A stretch of DNA of 64,000 nt from Candidatus Eremiobacteria bacterium (GCA_963758295.1 CAVWUU010000003.1:192001-256000); one strand, 5' to 3'. Positions 48,617 through 59,959 are shown, numbered from the stretch's first letter. A program made the numbers and translations. The notes: generated by a model from the sequence alone, not told the origin.

Positions 48617-50392
48617 GTGAACACAAGCGATTTCCTGATGCAGCGCCTGATCGATTGGGGCGTCACGCGGATCTACGGATATCCCGGCGACGGCATCAAC
48701 GGCATAATGGGTGCTTTCGACCGCATCGACGGCAAGATTCAGTTCATTCAAGTGCGGCACGAAGAAATGGCCGCTTTCATGGCATGCGCGCATGCGAAGT
48801 TTACGGACGAAGCGGGCGTTTGTATGGCCACGTCCGGTCCGGGCGCGATTCATCTGCTCAATGGATTGTACGACGCAAAGATGGATCACGTGCCTGTCGT
48901 CGCTATCGTGGGCCAGGCATCCACGACCGCGCTTGGCGGGTCGTACCAGCAGGAAGTCGATTTACAACAACTCTTCGAGGACGTCGCAGATTACGTCTAC
49001 ACTGTCGCGAGCCCGATGGCATTACGGCACGTCGTCGATCGCGCGTTTCGCGTAGCGCACGGGTATCGGGCCGTAACCGTCGTCATCGTACCGAAAGACA
49101 TTCAAGAAGAAAAGTATGTCGATCCGCCGCACAAGCACAACACGCTTCATTCAAGCGTCGGACTTGCAAAACCGGTGATCGTACCCCAGCGCACCGATCT
49201 CGCGGCCGCAGCCGAAATTTTAAACGGCGGCGAGCGTGTGGCGATGCTCGTGGGCGCCGGCTGCCTGAATGCAACCGACGAAGTGCTGCAGGTCGCGAAC
49301 CGGCTGGGCGCCGGAATTGCAACGGCGCTTCTTGGAAAGGCCGCCGTTCCAAACGATCTTCCGTACGTAACCGGCACGATCGGCTTGCTCGGAACGGCTC
49401 CGAGCTTTGAGATGATGGAGCACTGCGACACGCTGTTGATGGTGGGCACCACGTTTCCGTACGCCGAGTTTCTTCCGAAGGAAGGCAAAGCTCGCGGCAT
49501 TCAAATCGATATCGACCCGAAGAATCTCGGATTGCGCTTTCCCACTGAACTGAATCTGGTCGGCGACGCAGGGGCAACATTGCGCGAACTGCTTCCATAC
49601 TTGGACGACAAGACCGACCGCTCGTGGCGCAACCGGCTAGAAAAAAGCAAAGAAAAATGGATAAAGTCCGAAGAAGCGCGCGCTCAGGTGACGGCCGACC
49701 CGATGAACCCGCAGATGGTGTTCGTCGAGCTCAACAAGCATTTGCCGGACGACGCTATCTTAACCGGCGATGCAGGAACGGCGACTAATTGGTACGCCCG
49801 CAACGTGATGCTGCGCCGCGGGATGAAAGGGTCGCTCTCCGGCGGCCTTGCAACCATGGGAAGCGCCGTACCTTACGCTATTGCGGCCAAATTCGCTTTT
49901 CCCGACCGTGTGCCGATTGCTTGTACCGGTGACGGAGCCATGCAGATGAATGGGCTCGCGGAGCTGCTTACAGTCCGCAAGTATATGGATCAATGGGCCG
50001 ACAAACGCTTGATCTTCATTGTCTTGAATAACGACGATTTGAATCAGGTGACGTGGGAGATGCGAATCATGAGCGGCGACCCGAAGTTCGACGCGTCCCA
50101 AGACCTGCCGAAGTTTTCGTACGCCCAGTATGCCGACCAAATCGGCCTGATGGGTATACGGGTCGAATCGGTGGACGAACTTGCCGACGCTTGGGAGCGC
50201 GCGTTTTCTGCGGACCGGCCGGTCGTATTCGATGCGCACGTATCTCCAAATATTGCGCAGCTTCCGCCACACATTACATTCGAAGAAGCACATAAGTACT
50301 TCTCCGCGCTCGTTAAAGGCGATCCTAAAGAAGCCAGTATCATCAAGGAATCCATCAAGAGCGTCGTTGCGGGCGTAATTCCGCACGAATGA
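48617..50392 (+). CDS. thiamine pyrophosphate-requiring protein (pyruvate oxidase/PoxB-like)
   Basis: GYPGDGIN, RHEE, TSGPGAIHLLNGLYDA, GDGAMQM..NN. Confidence 0.9.
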   Translation: MNTSDFLMQRLIDWGVTRIYGYPGDGINGIMGAFDRIDGKIQFIQVRHEEMAAFMACAHAKFTDEAGVCMATSGPGAIHLLNGLYDAKMDHVPVVAIVGQASTTALGGSYQQEVDLQQLFEDVADYVYTVASPMALRHVVDRAFRVAHGYRAVTVVIVPKDIQEEKYVDPPHKHNTLHSSVGLAKPVIVPQRTDLAAAAEILNGGERVAMLVGAGCLNATDEVLQVANRLGAGIATALLGKAAVPNDLPYVTGTIGLLGTAPSFEMMEHCDTLLMVGTTFPYAEFLPKEGKARGIQIDIDPKNLGLRFPTELNLVGDAGATLRELLPYLDDKTDRSWRNRLEKSKEKWIKSEEARAQVTADPMNPQMVFVELNKHLPDDAILTGDAGTATNWYARNVMLRRGMKGSLSGGLATMGSAVPYAIAAKFAFPDRVPIACTGDGAMQMNGLAELLTVRKYMDQWADKRLIFIVLNNDDLNQVTWEMRIMSGDPKFDASQDLPKFSYAQYADQIGLMGIRVESVDELADAWERAFSADRPVVFDAHVSPNIAQLPPHITFEEAHKYFSALVKGDPKEASIIKESIKSVVAGVIPHE

Positions 50393-51486
50393 GCAGTACG
50401 GTTCCGATCGAGGCGGTCGACGTTTCGATCTACCGCGTTCCGACGGACGGCGGTCCCGAATCCGACGGGACCGCGGTCTGGGACGCGACGACGATGGTGT
50501 TCGTTGAAGTTCGCGCCGGCGGAAAGACCGGTATCGGGTACTCCTATGCCGATCGCGCCACGGCGGACGTGATTCGTGACGACTTTCGCGACTTGCTGAC
50601 AGGATGCGATGCGCTGGAAACCGGCAAACGCTTTGCGGACATGCAAGCCAAGATCCGGAATATGGGACGCGACGGGATCACCTCTATGGCCATCTCCGCC
50701 GTTGACATCGCGCTTTGGGACCTCAAAGGAAAGCATTTCGATGCGCCGGTCTGCACGCTGCTCGGGACCGCGCGAAGCGCCGCACCGCTCTACGGCAGCG
50801 GCGGATTCACATCTTATACGGTGGACCGATTGCGCGAGCAGCTTTCCGGCTGGGTGAACGACGGCATTCCGCGCGTCAAAATGAAGGTTGGAAGAAGCCC
50901 CGCCGATGACGTGGATCGCGTGAAGAAAGCGCGCGACGCGATTGGCAAGGACGCGGAATTATTCGTCGATGCGAACGGCGCTTATTCGCGTAAACAAGCA
51001 CTACGAATCGCCGAAATATTTGCAGATGCGAACGTGAGCTGGTTCGAGGAGCCGGTGTATCATCAAGACTTCGAAGGCTTGCGCCAAATTCGCGAGCGCG
51101 CTCCTGCATGTATGGACGTAGCATCCGGCGAGTATGGATACGGCCTGTATCACTTCTGGCGAATGCTCACCGCCGAAACGGTCGATTGTCTACAGGCCGA
51201 CGCGTCGCGCTGCGGCGGGTTCACCGGCCTGCTGGCCGTTGACGGGCTGTGCCAGACGGCCATGATGCCGCTGTCGACGCACTGCGCACCGCATCTGCAA
51301 CTCCACGCCGCTCTCGCATGCAAGATGTTGCGGCATATGGAGTTCTTTTACGATCACGTGCGGATCGAGCGAATGCTGTTCGAGGGCGTTGCACCGCCGA
51401 TAGACGGCGCACTCGAGCCCGATCTGACCCGTCCCGGCATCGGTCTCGAATTGAAGCGCGCCGACGCGGCGCGATATGCAATCTAA
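50389..51486 (+). CDS. mandelate racemase / enolase superfamily protein
   Basis: KMKVG, VDANG, WFEEP, SGEYG. Confidence 0.88.
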   Translation: MSSTVPIEAVDVSIYRVPTDGGPESDGTAVWDATTMVFVEVRAGGKTGIGYSYADRATADVIRDDFRDLLTGCDALETGKRFADMQAKIRNMGRDGITSMAISAVDIALWDLKGKHFDAPVCTLLGTARSAAPLYGSGGFTSYTVDRLREQLSGWVNDGIPRVKMKVGRSPADDVDRVKKARDAIGKDAELFVDANGAYSRKQALRIAEIFADANVSWFEEPVYHQDFEGLRQIRERAPACMDVASGEYGYGLYHFWRMLTAETVDCLQADASRCGGFTGLLAVDGLCQTAMMPLSTHCAPHLQLHAALACKMLRHMEFFYDHVRIERMLFEGVAPPIDGALEPDLTRPGIGLELKRADAARYAI

Positions 51487-51513
51487 ATCAATTTTCAAAG
51501 GGCAACAAGGTCG

Positions 51514-54500
51514 ATGATCAAGATTTTAGGCACGGTCGAGTCGCGGCGTGGCGCGGCGAACGGTTCCTCCCCCATTCCGACGGATCGCCGTGATGCCGTC
51601 AACGCACCGGCCGATGAGAACACCGAGTTGCTGGAAGCGGCGCTACGCGCTGCCGTCCGCGGTGAAGTCCGGTTCGACCGGGGAACGCGGGCGATGTATG
51701 CGACGGATGCGTCGAATTACCGGCAAGTGCCGATCGGCGTGGTAATACCGCGCGACTCGGATGACGTTGTGGCCGCCATCGCCGTCTGCCGGCGGTTCAG
51801 CGCGCCGATCGTTTCACGCGGCGGCGGAACGAGCCTCGCCGGGGAAACGTGCAATGCCGCCGTTGTCATCGACTTCAGCAAGTACATGAATGCCATCGTC
51901 GAGATCGACTGGGCCGGTAAAAAAGCGCGCGTGCAACCGGGATTGGTGAATGACGATCTGCGCGACAAGGCCGAAGAACGGCATCTGACGTGGGGGCCCG
52001 ATCCGGCCACGCACAACCGCAATACCTTCGGCGGCATGCTGGGCAACAACTCGTGCGGCATGCACGCACAGATGGCAGGCAAGGCCGAAGACAACACTGA
52101 GGAACTGGAGATCGTCACGTACGACGGCCTCCGGATGCGCGTCGGTAAAACGCCCGACGAAGATCTAGAGCGAATCATTGCCGAAGGGGGCCGCCGCGGC
52201 GAAATTTACTCGAAGCTGAAAGCGCTGCGCGATCGGTACGCCGATTTGATTCGAAAGCGCTTCCCGGATATTCCTCGCCGCGTCTCGGGCTTCGCGATCG
52301 ACCAGCTGCTGCCGGAAAACGGCTTCGACGTTGCGCGAGCCCTGGTGGGTTCCGAAGGCACGTGCGTCACGATCACCGAGGCGACGGTCCGCCTCGTGCA
52401 CAGCCCGCCGTGCCGCGCGCTCGCGCTCTTCGGGTTTTCCGATATTGCGACGGCCGCCGATCACGTACCGTTTTGCAACGAGCACGGACCGATTGCGCTC
52501 GAAGGTCTGGACGAGTCGATGTTCCGGTACATGCACGATAAAGGCGAATCGACGAAGAGCCGCTCGATGTTCCCTGACGGAAACGCTTGGCTCATTGTCG
52601 AGTTCGGCGGCGAAAGCGCCGATGAAGCCGACGGAAAAGCCAACGCGCTGGCCGAGGCCTTTAAAAAGAACAGCGATCCGCCGAGCTATAAGCTTATTGA
52701 AAAAGACGATGAAGAGCAGCGTCTGTGGGCCCTACGCGACAACGGCCTCGGCGCTACGTCGAAGATTCCGAACGAGCCGGATTTTTATCCCGGCTGGGAA
52801 GATTCCGCGGTCGATCCCAAAGAGCTCGGCGACTACTTACGCGACTTCCAGAAGCTCATGGATGAATTCGGCTATGTGGCTTCGCTTTACGGGCATTTCG
52901 GTCAGGGCTGCCTGCATTGCAGCATCAATTTTGATTTGTTCACGGCCGAAGGCATCGCACGCTACCGGCAGTTCGTAACAAAAGCCGCCCATTTGTGCGT
53001 GAAATACGGCGGTTCGCTATCGGGCGAGCATGGCGATGGTCAGGCGCGCGGCGAGCTCTTGTCGATTATGTACGGCGACGACCTTTGCCAAGCGTTCTGG
53101 GACTTCAAAAAGATCTGGGATCCCGATGAAAAGATGAACCCGGGCAAGGTCGTGCATCCCTATAAGCTTGATGAGAACTTACGCTGGGGCGTCAACTACG
53201 AACCGTGGGATCCGCCGACGCACTTCCATTTCACCGAAGATAAGGGCAGCTTCGCTTTTGCCGCTAATCGCTGCGTCGGCACCGGCAAATGCCGCAAACA
53301 CGACTCCGGAACCATGTGCCCAAGTTACATGGCAACGAAAGAAGAATCGTACTCAACGCGCGGACGCGCGCGGCTGCTCTTTGAAATGCTGCAGGGCAAT
53401 CCGCTCGAGAACGGTTGGCGCAATGAAGCGGTAAAGGACGCGCTCGAGTTTTGCCTTGCGTGCAAAGGCTGCAAGGGCGAGTGTCCCGTTAACGTCGATA
53501 TGGCGACCTACAAAGCGGAATTTTTATCGCACTATTACGACGGACGCATCCGCCCGCGCAACGCGTATGCATTTGGGCTAATGTACTGGTGGGCGAAGGT
53601 TGCGGCGCTCGCGCCGGGTGTCGCCAATATGGCAGCGCAAACGCCGGGCTTGAATTGGATCGCTAAGCGGCTTACCGGGATGGCGCCGCAACGGCGCATT
53701 CCGACGTTCGCGCCTCAAACGTTCCGCGCGTGGTTCAAAGCGCGTGGCGAGCGCAATGTCGGAAAATCGAAAGTCCTTCTTTGGCCTGACACCTGGAACA
53801 ATCACTTTCACCCCACGACCGCCATGGCCGCCGTCGAAGTCCTGGAAGATGCCGGTTTCCACGTAACGATTCCTAAGACGCAACTCTGCTGCGGCCGGCC
53901 GCTGTACGACTACGGCATGCTGGACCTTGCAAAAGAACTGCTGATTCGTACGCTCGATTCCCTTCGCGACGAGATTCGCGCCGGTACGCCGGTCGTGGGA
54001 CTGGAACCGAGTTGCGTTTCCGTCTTTCGCGATGAAATGGTCGATCTGCTCGGGGACGATCAAGACGCTTCCCGGCTGAAATCGCAGACCTTTCTCTTCA
54101 CGGAGTTTCTCGAGAAGGCCGCACCCGACTATGCACCGCCTAAACTTCAAGGCAAAGCGATCGTTCATCAGCACTGTCATCACAAGTCCGTTCTAAACAA
54201 GGCGAGCGAAGAAGCGGTATTCAAGCGTACCGGGCTCGACTTCAAAGTGCTGGACGACGGCTGCTGCGGAATGGCGGGAGCGTTCGGGTTCGAGGAGACG
54301 CATTACGACGTTTCTCTCGCGGTCGGCGAACGCGGACTTCTCCCGGCGGTGCGCGGCGCGGCGGACCAAACGATCCTTGTTGCCGACGGATTCAGCTGTC
54401 GCGAGCAAATCGCGCAAACCACCGACCGGCTTGCCCTGCATCCGGCGCAGGTGTTGAAGCTTGCGATCGATCAGCGGGGCGAAGCGTTGACGGACGCGCG

Positions 54501-54636
54501 GCCGGAACGGCGCTACATGGACGATCCGCGTGAAAGCGCGCGGAAGGCCGCCCGCGCGGGAACGGTCGCGGCCGCGGCCGCCGTGGCGATCTCACTCGTT
54601 GGTATTGCAGCGTTCATGCGAAGGAAACGAGGCTGA
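51514..54636 (+). CDS. FAD-binding and 4Fe-4S oxidoreductase (GlcD/GlcF fusion type)
   Basis: RGGGTSLAG, GEHGDG, CVGTGKC, CLACKGCKGECP, CCG domains. Confidence 0.9.
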   Translation: MIKILGTVESRRGAANGSSPIPTDRRDAVNAPADENTELLEAALRAAVRGEVRFDRGTRAMYATDASNYRQVPIGVVIPRDSDDVVAAIAVCRRFSAPIVSRGGGTSLAGETCNAAVVIDFSKYMNAIVEIDWAGKKARVQPGLVNDDLRDKAEERHLTWGPDPATHNRNTFGGMLGNNSCGMHAQMAGKAEDNTEELEIVTYDGLRMRVGKTPDEDLERIIAEGGRRGEIYSKLKALRDRYADLIRKRFPDIPRRVSGFAIDQLLPENGFDVARALVGSEGTCVTITEATVRLVHSPPCRALALFGFSDIATAADHVPFCNEHGPIALEGLDESMFRYMHDKGESTKSRSMFPDGNAWLIVEFGGESADEADGKANALAEAFKKNSDPPSYKLIEKDDEEQRLWALRDNGLGATSKIPNEPDFYPGWEDSAVDPKELGDYLRDFQKLMDEFGYVASLYGHFGQGCLHCSINFDLFTAEGIARYRQFVTKAAHLCVKYGGSLSGEHGDGQARGELLSIMYGDDLCQAFWDFKKIWDPDEKMNPGKVVHPYKLDENLRWGVNYEPWDPPTHFHFTEDKGSFAFAANRCVGTGKCRKHDSGTMCPSYMATKEESYSTRGRARLLFEMLQGNPLENGWRNEAVKDALEFCLACKGCKGECPVNVDMATYKAEFLSHYYDGRIRPRNAYAFGLMYWWAKVAALAPGVANMAAQTPGLNWIAKRLTGMAPQRRIPTFAPQTFRAWFKARGERNVGKSKVLLWPDTWNNHFHPTTAMAAVEVLEDAGFHVTIPKTQLCCGRPLYDYGMLDLAKELLIRTLDSLRDEIRAGTPVVGLEPSCVSVFRDEMVDLLGDDQDASRLKSQTFLFTEFLEKAAPDYAPPKLQGKAIVHQHCHHKSVLNKASEEAVFKRTGLDFKVLDDGCCGMAGAFGFEETHYDVSLAVGERGLLPAVRGAADQTILVADGFSCREQIAQTTDRLALHPAQVLKLAIDQRGEALTDARPERRYMDDPRESARKAARAGTVAAAAAVAISLVGIAAFMRRKRG

Positions 54637-55910
54637 TGCCGCATGTCGTTATTTTGGGCGGCGGCTTTGCCGGATTCTCCGCGGCACGCGAGTTCGAGCG
54701 CCGGCGCGCGCGCGTCAAAGATCTTCGCGTGACGCTGATCGACCGGAACAATTTCATGCTCTTCACGCCCATGCTTCCCGAAGCCGCCACCGGATCGGTC
54801 GAGATCCGGCATATCACCGAGCCCTTTCGAGCAAGTCTGCATAACGTGGAATTCGAGCTCGGCGATGTGTTGGGGATCGACGAGGGCGAACGCTCGGTGC
54901 ATGTTACGCACCCCCTTACGCGTGATACGCGCTCGATCCGGTACGACGAGCTGGTGTTCGCGTTGGGGTCAACGCCCTCAACCATGGGCGTTGCGGGCGT
55001 TGAGCGATGCACGATCCCGCTTCGAAGCGTGCACGACGCCGAACGCGTACGCAACGCGGTGCTCGGTTCGATCGAAGTCGCGGCGCAAACCTCCGACATT
55101 TCAGAACGCGACCGCCTGTTGCGATTCGTGATTGTCGGCGGCGGTTTTACCGGAGTCGAAGCCGCAGGCGAGCTCACTGCGTTCATCCACGCGATCTTAA
55201 AGTACTACGCGATCGAAGAGCGCGCGGTAGAGATCGTGCTTGTGCAAGCTGAAAAGCGCCTTTTGCCGCATCTTCCCGAGCGCTTTGGAAAGTATGCGGC
55301 GCGCTCGCTGCACGACCGCGGCGTGCGCATACTTCTGGGAAAAGAAGTCGACAGCGTCGATCCCGGGGGCGTGGAACTCAAGGGCGGCGAGCGTATCGAG
55401 AGCCGGACGATTCTGTGGGATGCCGGGGTGGAGCCTTCGCCGGTCGTTAAGCGGCTCGGTTTAAAGACAAGCTCGCACGCGGCAATAGAAGTCGAGCGCG
55501 ATTTGTCGGTTCCTGGGCACGCACATCTGTGGGCGATCGGCGATTGCGCCGCCGTGCCCCGCAAGAGCGGTGGTACGTATGCGCCGCTTGCACAAAATGC
55601 CGTTCGCGAAGGCCCGCTGTTGGCACGCAACGTGATCTCCAGGCTTCGAGGGCGATCGACAAAAGCGTTTTCGTACAAAGAGCTTGGGCAGATGGCGTCT
55701 CTAGGCAACCGCCAAGCATTAGCCGAGCTTCCGGGGCGCAAGATGTTGACCGGACTCCCCGCTTGGTTCTTGTGGCGTAGTTATTACCTTAGCCGCGTGC
55801 CCGGCGCGGGACGCAAGACGCGCGTCGCCTTGGACTGGACGCTCGGTCTCGCGTTCCCGCCGGAACTCGCGCGGCTTCCCATGATGGAGCGAGATGAGAC
55901 TCAACGATAA
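54636..55910 (+). CDS. type II NADH dehydrogenase-like FAD oxidoreductase
   Basis: GGGFAG, GGGFTGVEAAGEL, WAIGD. Confidence 0.88.
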   Translation: MPHVVILGGGFAGFSAAREFERRRARVKDLRVTLIDRNNFMLFTPMLPEAATGSVEIRHITEPFRASLHNVEFELGDVLGIDEGERSVHVTHPLTRDTRSIRYDELVFALGSTPSTMGVAGVERCTIPLRSVHDAERVRNAVLGSIEVAAQTSDISERDRLLRFVIVGGGFTGVEAAGELTAFIHAILKYYAIEERAVEIVLVQAEKRLLPHLPERFGKYAARSLHDRGVRILLGKEVDSVDPGGVELKGGERIESRTILWDAGVEPSPVVKRLGLKTSSHAAIEVERDLSVPGHAHLWAIGDCAAVPRKSGGTYAPLAQNAVREGPLLARNVISRLRGRSTKAFSYKELGQMASLGNRQALAELPGRKMLTGLPAWFLWRSYYLSRVPGAGRKTRVALDWTLGLAFPPELARLPMMERDETQR

Positions 55911-56661
55911 AGTAGCGATCGTGACGGGCGGCGATACGGGAATCGGTAAAGCGATTTCGCTTGCATTCGCGCAAGAGGGCGCGCGTGTCGTCATCGATTA
56001 TTTCGGTAACGAACAGCCCGCCGCAACGCTGGTGGACCGCATCGAAAACTTCGGCGGGCGCGCGCATGCGATTGCAGCCGACGTTTCAAAAGCCGATGAA
56101 GTCGACGAACTCATCAAGGGAACCCTCAAACACTTCGGCGCGCTCGACATTTTGGTGAACAACGCAGGGATCGAACAAAAACACCCATTCCTCGAGATGC
56201 CGCTTGAGGTCTGGAACAAAGTTATCGACGTAAATCTCACCGGTCCGTGGCTATGCTCGCAGGCGGCGGCGAAGCAGATGGTGCGGCAAAAGCGAGGGGG
56301 ACGTATCATCAACATTTCGTCCATTCACGAAGAGCTTGCTATGCCGACCAACGCGCCCTACTGCGCGTCGAAGGGAGGCTTGCGAATGTTGATGCGAACG
56401 ATTGCCGTAGAGCTTGCGGCGCATGCGATCACCGTAAACGACGTCTGCCCAGGAGCGGTTGACACGCCAATGGACGAGCCGCTGAAGCGCGACAAGAAGG
56501 AGTACGATGCGTTGATTGGCGAGATTCCGCTGCGCCGCATGGCGAAGCCGGAAGAAATTGCCGAACTCTGCGTCTTTCTCGCGTCTGATACCGCCGCATA
56601 TATTACCGGGGCTTCCTATGTCATCGACGGCGGTATGACCAAACAATCGGGCAGCCTATGA
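55894..56661 (+). CDS. SDR oxidoreductase, glucose 1-dehydrogenase-like
   Basis: TGGDTGIG, NNAG, SSIHE, YCASKGG. Confidence 0.88.
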   Translation: MRLNDKVAIVTGGDTGIGKAISLAFAQEGARVVIDYFGNEQPAATLVDRIENFGGRAHAIAADVSKADEVDELIKGTLKHFGALDILVNNAGIEQKHPFLEMPLEVWNKVIDVNLTGPWLCSQAAAKQMVRQKRGGRIINISSIHEELAMPTNAPYCASKGGLRMLMRTIAVELAAHAITVNDVCPGAVDTPMDEPLKRDKKEYDALIGEIPLRRMAKPEEIAELCVFLASDTAAYITGASYVIDGGMTKQSGSL

Positions 56662-59093
56662 TCGCGAAAATCACCGGCTCCGGCGAGCGCATTACAACCT
56701 ATGAAGTCGAAGACACGCAAATGGCGACGGGCAGTACGCTCGGGTCGCCGGTTGGCGTCATCGAGATAAAAGCTAACGGCTCGATCAAGAAATTCTATTC
56801 GGCGGACGCGGGGCAGGTGCTCATTGCGGGAATGCAGGTGCGCTTTTGGGACGACCGTTCCGGCGTAACTCTCGGAGCCCTTCCCGGCGAGTTTATCATC
56901 CATCCCGACCGTCAAGAGCACATTTTCGAACTTACGAACGGGATCGTAGTTCACGAAAGCGTGTTTATTTTAAACGGGCCGCCCGAACTGCATCAGGCCG
57001 ATCCGTTAATCGCGTACTACTCCGTGAAAATGTCCAACAATACGGGTCGCGACGTTAGCATCGATTCGATTGCCGCGGCCGACATGCGTGGGGGCACGCT
57101 CCCCGACGTTCGCGTTCGGTATGATGCGAGGCTCGAAGCGTTCGTGGCCGACAATAAAGGCTTGCCCGAATTTGCGCGAGCTTTTGGAAGTTCGCGGCGC
57201 CCGACCAGCTGGGAACTGACGCACGACCACGGCAAATGCAGTCGTCCGGCGTTTCCGGGAAAGCTTCCTAACTGCGTGACTCGCGAACAAGGCGAAGAGT
57301 TTATCGCCTTGCTGCATCACCATCACCGGCTGAAGAACGCAAGCGAAGTGGAGGTGACCTACGTCTTGGCCGGTTCTTCCAAGGGGACCCGCGGCGCACG
57401 CAACGTCTACGCAGGCGCGCCGAGCGTCTCCGAAGCGTTGAAACGCACGCGCGCGCGGTATCACATGATTCTGAATCGTGCGGTCGTGATGACGCCGAAC
57501 CAGGAAGTCAACCGCGGCGTGCTCTGGGCCAAGGCCAACATGCTGCGTACGCAATTGCTGGCGCCGACCGGCTGGTGCTTCGTCAATGACCCGACTCGAT
57601 CGAACAACAGTGTCGGCCGCGATACCGCGTGGTTCGCGTTTGGCTCCGACTACGTGATGCCCGACTTTTCGCGCGAGTCGCTGCTCTGGTATATCGAGCA
57701 TCTGGAGAAACGCGGAATGGTCGTCGAATACTACGACGTTCGCAACGGAAAAGCGGAAGATTACGGCCTGAACATCAACGATAACACGCCGCTGATTATC
57801 TTGGCGGCGTGGCATCATTACAACGCGACCGGCAACGAAGGGTTCCTCAGGCGAATCTACCGGCCGTGTAAGCGCGCTGCGGAATACATTCTCTCGCAAC
57901 AGAACGAACTCGGACTTGTGTGGTGCACGGCCAACGCGACTTCGGACTGGGGCATCGTCGGTTGGCGTAACGTTATCCAGGGGTATCGCCTGAGCGGCGC
58001 GACGACGGAAGTGAATTCGGAATGCTATGCGGCACTCTCGGCCGTAAGCAAAATGGCTGCCCGGTTGCATAAGGAGAAGGACGCCGACTTTTTCCGTCAT
58101 CGGGCCGACTCGCTACGCGTCGCAATCAACAAGCATTTGCTCGATCCGGAAACCGGCCTTTATTATCTGAATATCGACATCGACGGATCGAAGCGCTCCG
58201 ACGTTACGTGCGATCTTGTATTTCCGGTGATGTTCGGCGTAGCGGAGCGTGAAACGGCGGCCCAGATCGTGAGCCGCTTGAGCATGGACGCGTTTTGGAC
58301 GGACGCCGGTATGCGAACGGTTCCGCGCGATGATATCGACTACGGTCCGACGCACGGGTACGGGCTTCTCGGCGGTGTCTGGGTCGGCGTAGCCTTCTGG
58401 TATGCGTTCGCCGCTTCGAGGTTCAACCCGGACTTCATGGCCTCGTCATTGAGTGAAAGTTTCAAGCATTACTCGCGCGACCCGCGGCGGAACAACACCG
58501 TGCCCGGACAGTTTTCCGAGTGGCTGCATGGCGAAACGCTTACTAATCAAGGCATGATGCTCTCGCCTTGGTTTCCGCCTCGCTATTTGTGGGCGGCCAT
58601 CGAAGGGGCTGCGGGCTTGGATCTCTCCGGCGACGAGCCAAGCTGTAACCCGCACCTGGCTCCCGAATGGCGCTGGCTCGGCGTTCGGAACCTGCGGTTT
58701 CGCGGAAGCTTTGTTTCCTGGTTCGTGGTCCGCGCACCGGAACCCATTATGTTCGCCACCTTCCGTTTCGGGCACTCGATGGAGTATCACGCTTACGACG
58801 AAGATGTGACGGACGGGCTGCTGCAAGTGGTTGGCGACGACGTAACGGCGATTGCGATGCGGCGAGACGGTCAGCTTGTAGTCTTCATTGGGAATACGGC
58901 GGATCGCACGGTGACGACTTCGCTTCAGTTTCTCCAGAAGCTCAGCGGAACCATGAGTGCTCGCTTTTATAGCAGCCTGCGAGGCGAATGGATTGAACGA
59001 GCGGTTACCGGCGACGAACTATTCCGCGGCATTCCGATTCAAATCGACCGCAAAGGCTTTTCGGTAATCGAGTTGCGGAGGCATTATGAATGA
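56658..59093 (+). CDS. six-hairpin glycoside hydrolase (amylo-alpha-1,6-glucosidase/MGH1-like)
   Basis: GRDTAW, GMRTV, GGVW, FSEW; family not resolved. Confidence 0.7.
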   Translation: MIAKITGSGERITTYEVEDTQMATGSTLGSPVGVIEIKANGSIKKFYSADAGQVLIAGMQVRFWDDRSGVTLGALPGEFIIHPDRQEHIFELTNGIVVHESVFILNGPPELHQADPLIAYYSVKMSNNTGRDVSIDSIAAADMRGGTLPDVRVRYDARLEAFVADNKGLPEFARAFGSSRRPTSWELTHDHGKCSRPAFPGKLPNCVTREQGEEFIALLHHHHRLKNASEVEVTYVLAGSSKGTRGARNVYAGAPSVSEALKRTRARYHMILNRAVVMTPNQEVNRGVLWAKANMLRTQLLAPTGWCFVNDPTRSNNSVGRDTAWFAFGSDYVMPDFSRESLLWYIEHLEKRGMVVEYYDVRNGKAEDYGLNINDNTPLIILAAWHHYNATGNEGFLRRIYRPCKRAAEYILSQQNELGLVWCTANATSDWGIVGWRNVIQGYRLSGATTEVNSECYAALSAVSKMAARLHKEKDADFFRHRADSLRVAINKHLLDPETGLYYLNIDIDGSKRSDVTCDLVFPVMFGVAERETAAQIVSRLSMDAFWTDAGMRTVPRDDIDYGPTHGYGLLGGVWVGVAFWYAFAASRFNPDFMASSLSESFKHYSRDPRRNNTVPGQFSEWLHGETLTNQGMMLSPWFPPRYLWAAIEGAAGLDLSGDEPSCNPHLAPEWRWLGVRNLRFRGSFVSWFVVRAPEPIMFATFRFGHSMEYHAYDEDVTDGLLQVVGDDVTAIAMRRDGQLVVFIGNTADRTVTTSLQFLQKLSGTMSARFYSSLRGEWIERAVTGDELFRGIPIQIDRKGFSVIELRRHYE

Positions 59094-59959
59094 ATCAGCG
59101 TGAGGGCTATCGATTCGGTCTGAGCGAGTTCACGACGTGGCCTTGGTCATTCGAGCACGATTTAGAACGCTATGCCGCGCACGGGCTCGACACGATCGAA
59201 GTCTGTGAGTTCAAACTCAATAAGGACGATTACGGCCCGCAACTCCGGCGAATTTCCGAGGCCGGAATGCAGGTAAGCTCGGTGCAGACGGAGGTTCATT
59301 CGCTCTTTCCCGACTCGCTTGCGCCCACGCCGCTCGATCCGGCCGACCGGCTGCATCACATCATGCATGCTATGGAACGGATAGCGCCGCACGTACCGGA
59401 AGCAACGCCGTTCGTTCTAATTACGGGCGCAGCGCCGCGTGGAGATTGCGAACACGTTTGCGAGTACGCCGTGGAGGCTTTCTCGCGGCTTGCGTACTTT
59501 GCGGCGTCGTTGAAAATGCGCGTAGCGTTCGAACCGCTCAATCCCATTCTTTTTAACACCGACACGGCGCTGTGGGGACTCGATCGAGCACTGGAGCTTA
59601 TCGGACGGGTCAATCATCCTTCGCTCGGCCTGTGCGTTGACACGTGGAACATCTTTGAGACGCAAGATGTGGAAAGCGTCATCGGCACGTGCGGTGAGAA
59701 GATCTTTCTCGTTCAAGTGAGCGACTGGCGCCGGCCGCGGAGCAACGCGGACCGCCGTTCACTTGGCGAGGGCGAGATTCCGACCGTCTCGCTGTTAAGC
59801 GCGATTCGCCGAGCGGGCTATGTCGGGCCGTACGTACTCGAGATCTTTTCGTCGGAATTCTTGCCGGACTCACTGTGGAAGGCCGACATGGACGCGGTGA
59901 TCGATCACAACATCGTGGAGTTCGACCGGATGTGGGAAGAGAGCGAGATTCCCGCGTGA
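59090..59959 (+). CDS. sugar phosphate isomerase/epimerase (TIM barrel)
   Basis: FEPLNP, DTWN, DR..LGEGEIP, LEIFS. Confidence 0.82.
   Translation: MNQREGYRFGLSEFTTWPWSFEHDLERYAAHGLDTIEVCEFKLNKDDYGPQLRRISEAGMQVSSVQTEVHSLFPDSLAPTPLDPADRLHHIMHAMERIAPHVPEATPFVLITGAAPRGDCEHVCEYAVEAFSRLAYFAASLKMRVAFEPLNPILFNTDTALWGLDRALELIGRVNHPSLGLCVDTWNIFETQDVESVIGTCGEKIFLVQVSDWRRPRSNADRRSLGEGEIPTVSLLSAIRRAGYVGPYVLEIFSSEFLPDSLWKADMDAVIDHNIVEFDRMWEESEIPA

Noticed and set aside
57006..58100. Long antisense ORFs (this one, 7173-7982 and others)
   Set aside because: Expected shadows of GC-rich coding strands; no recognisable motifs.
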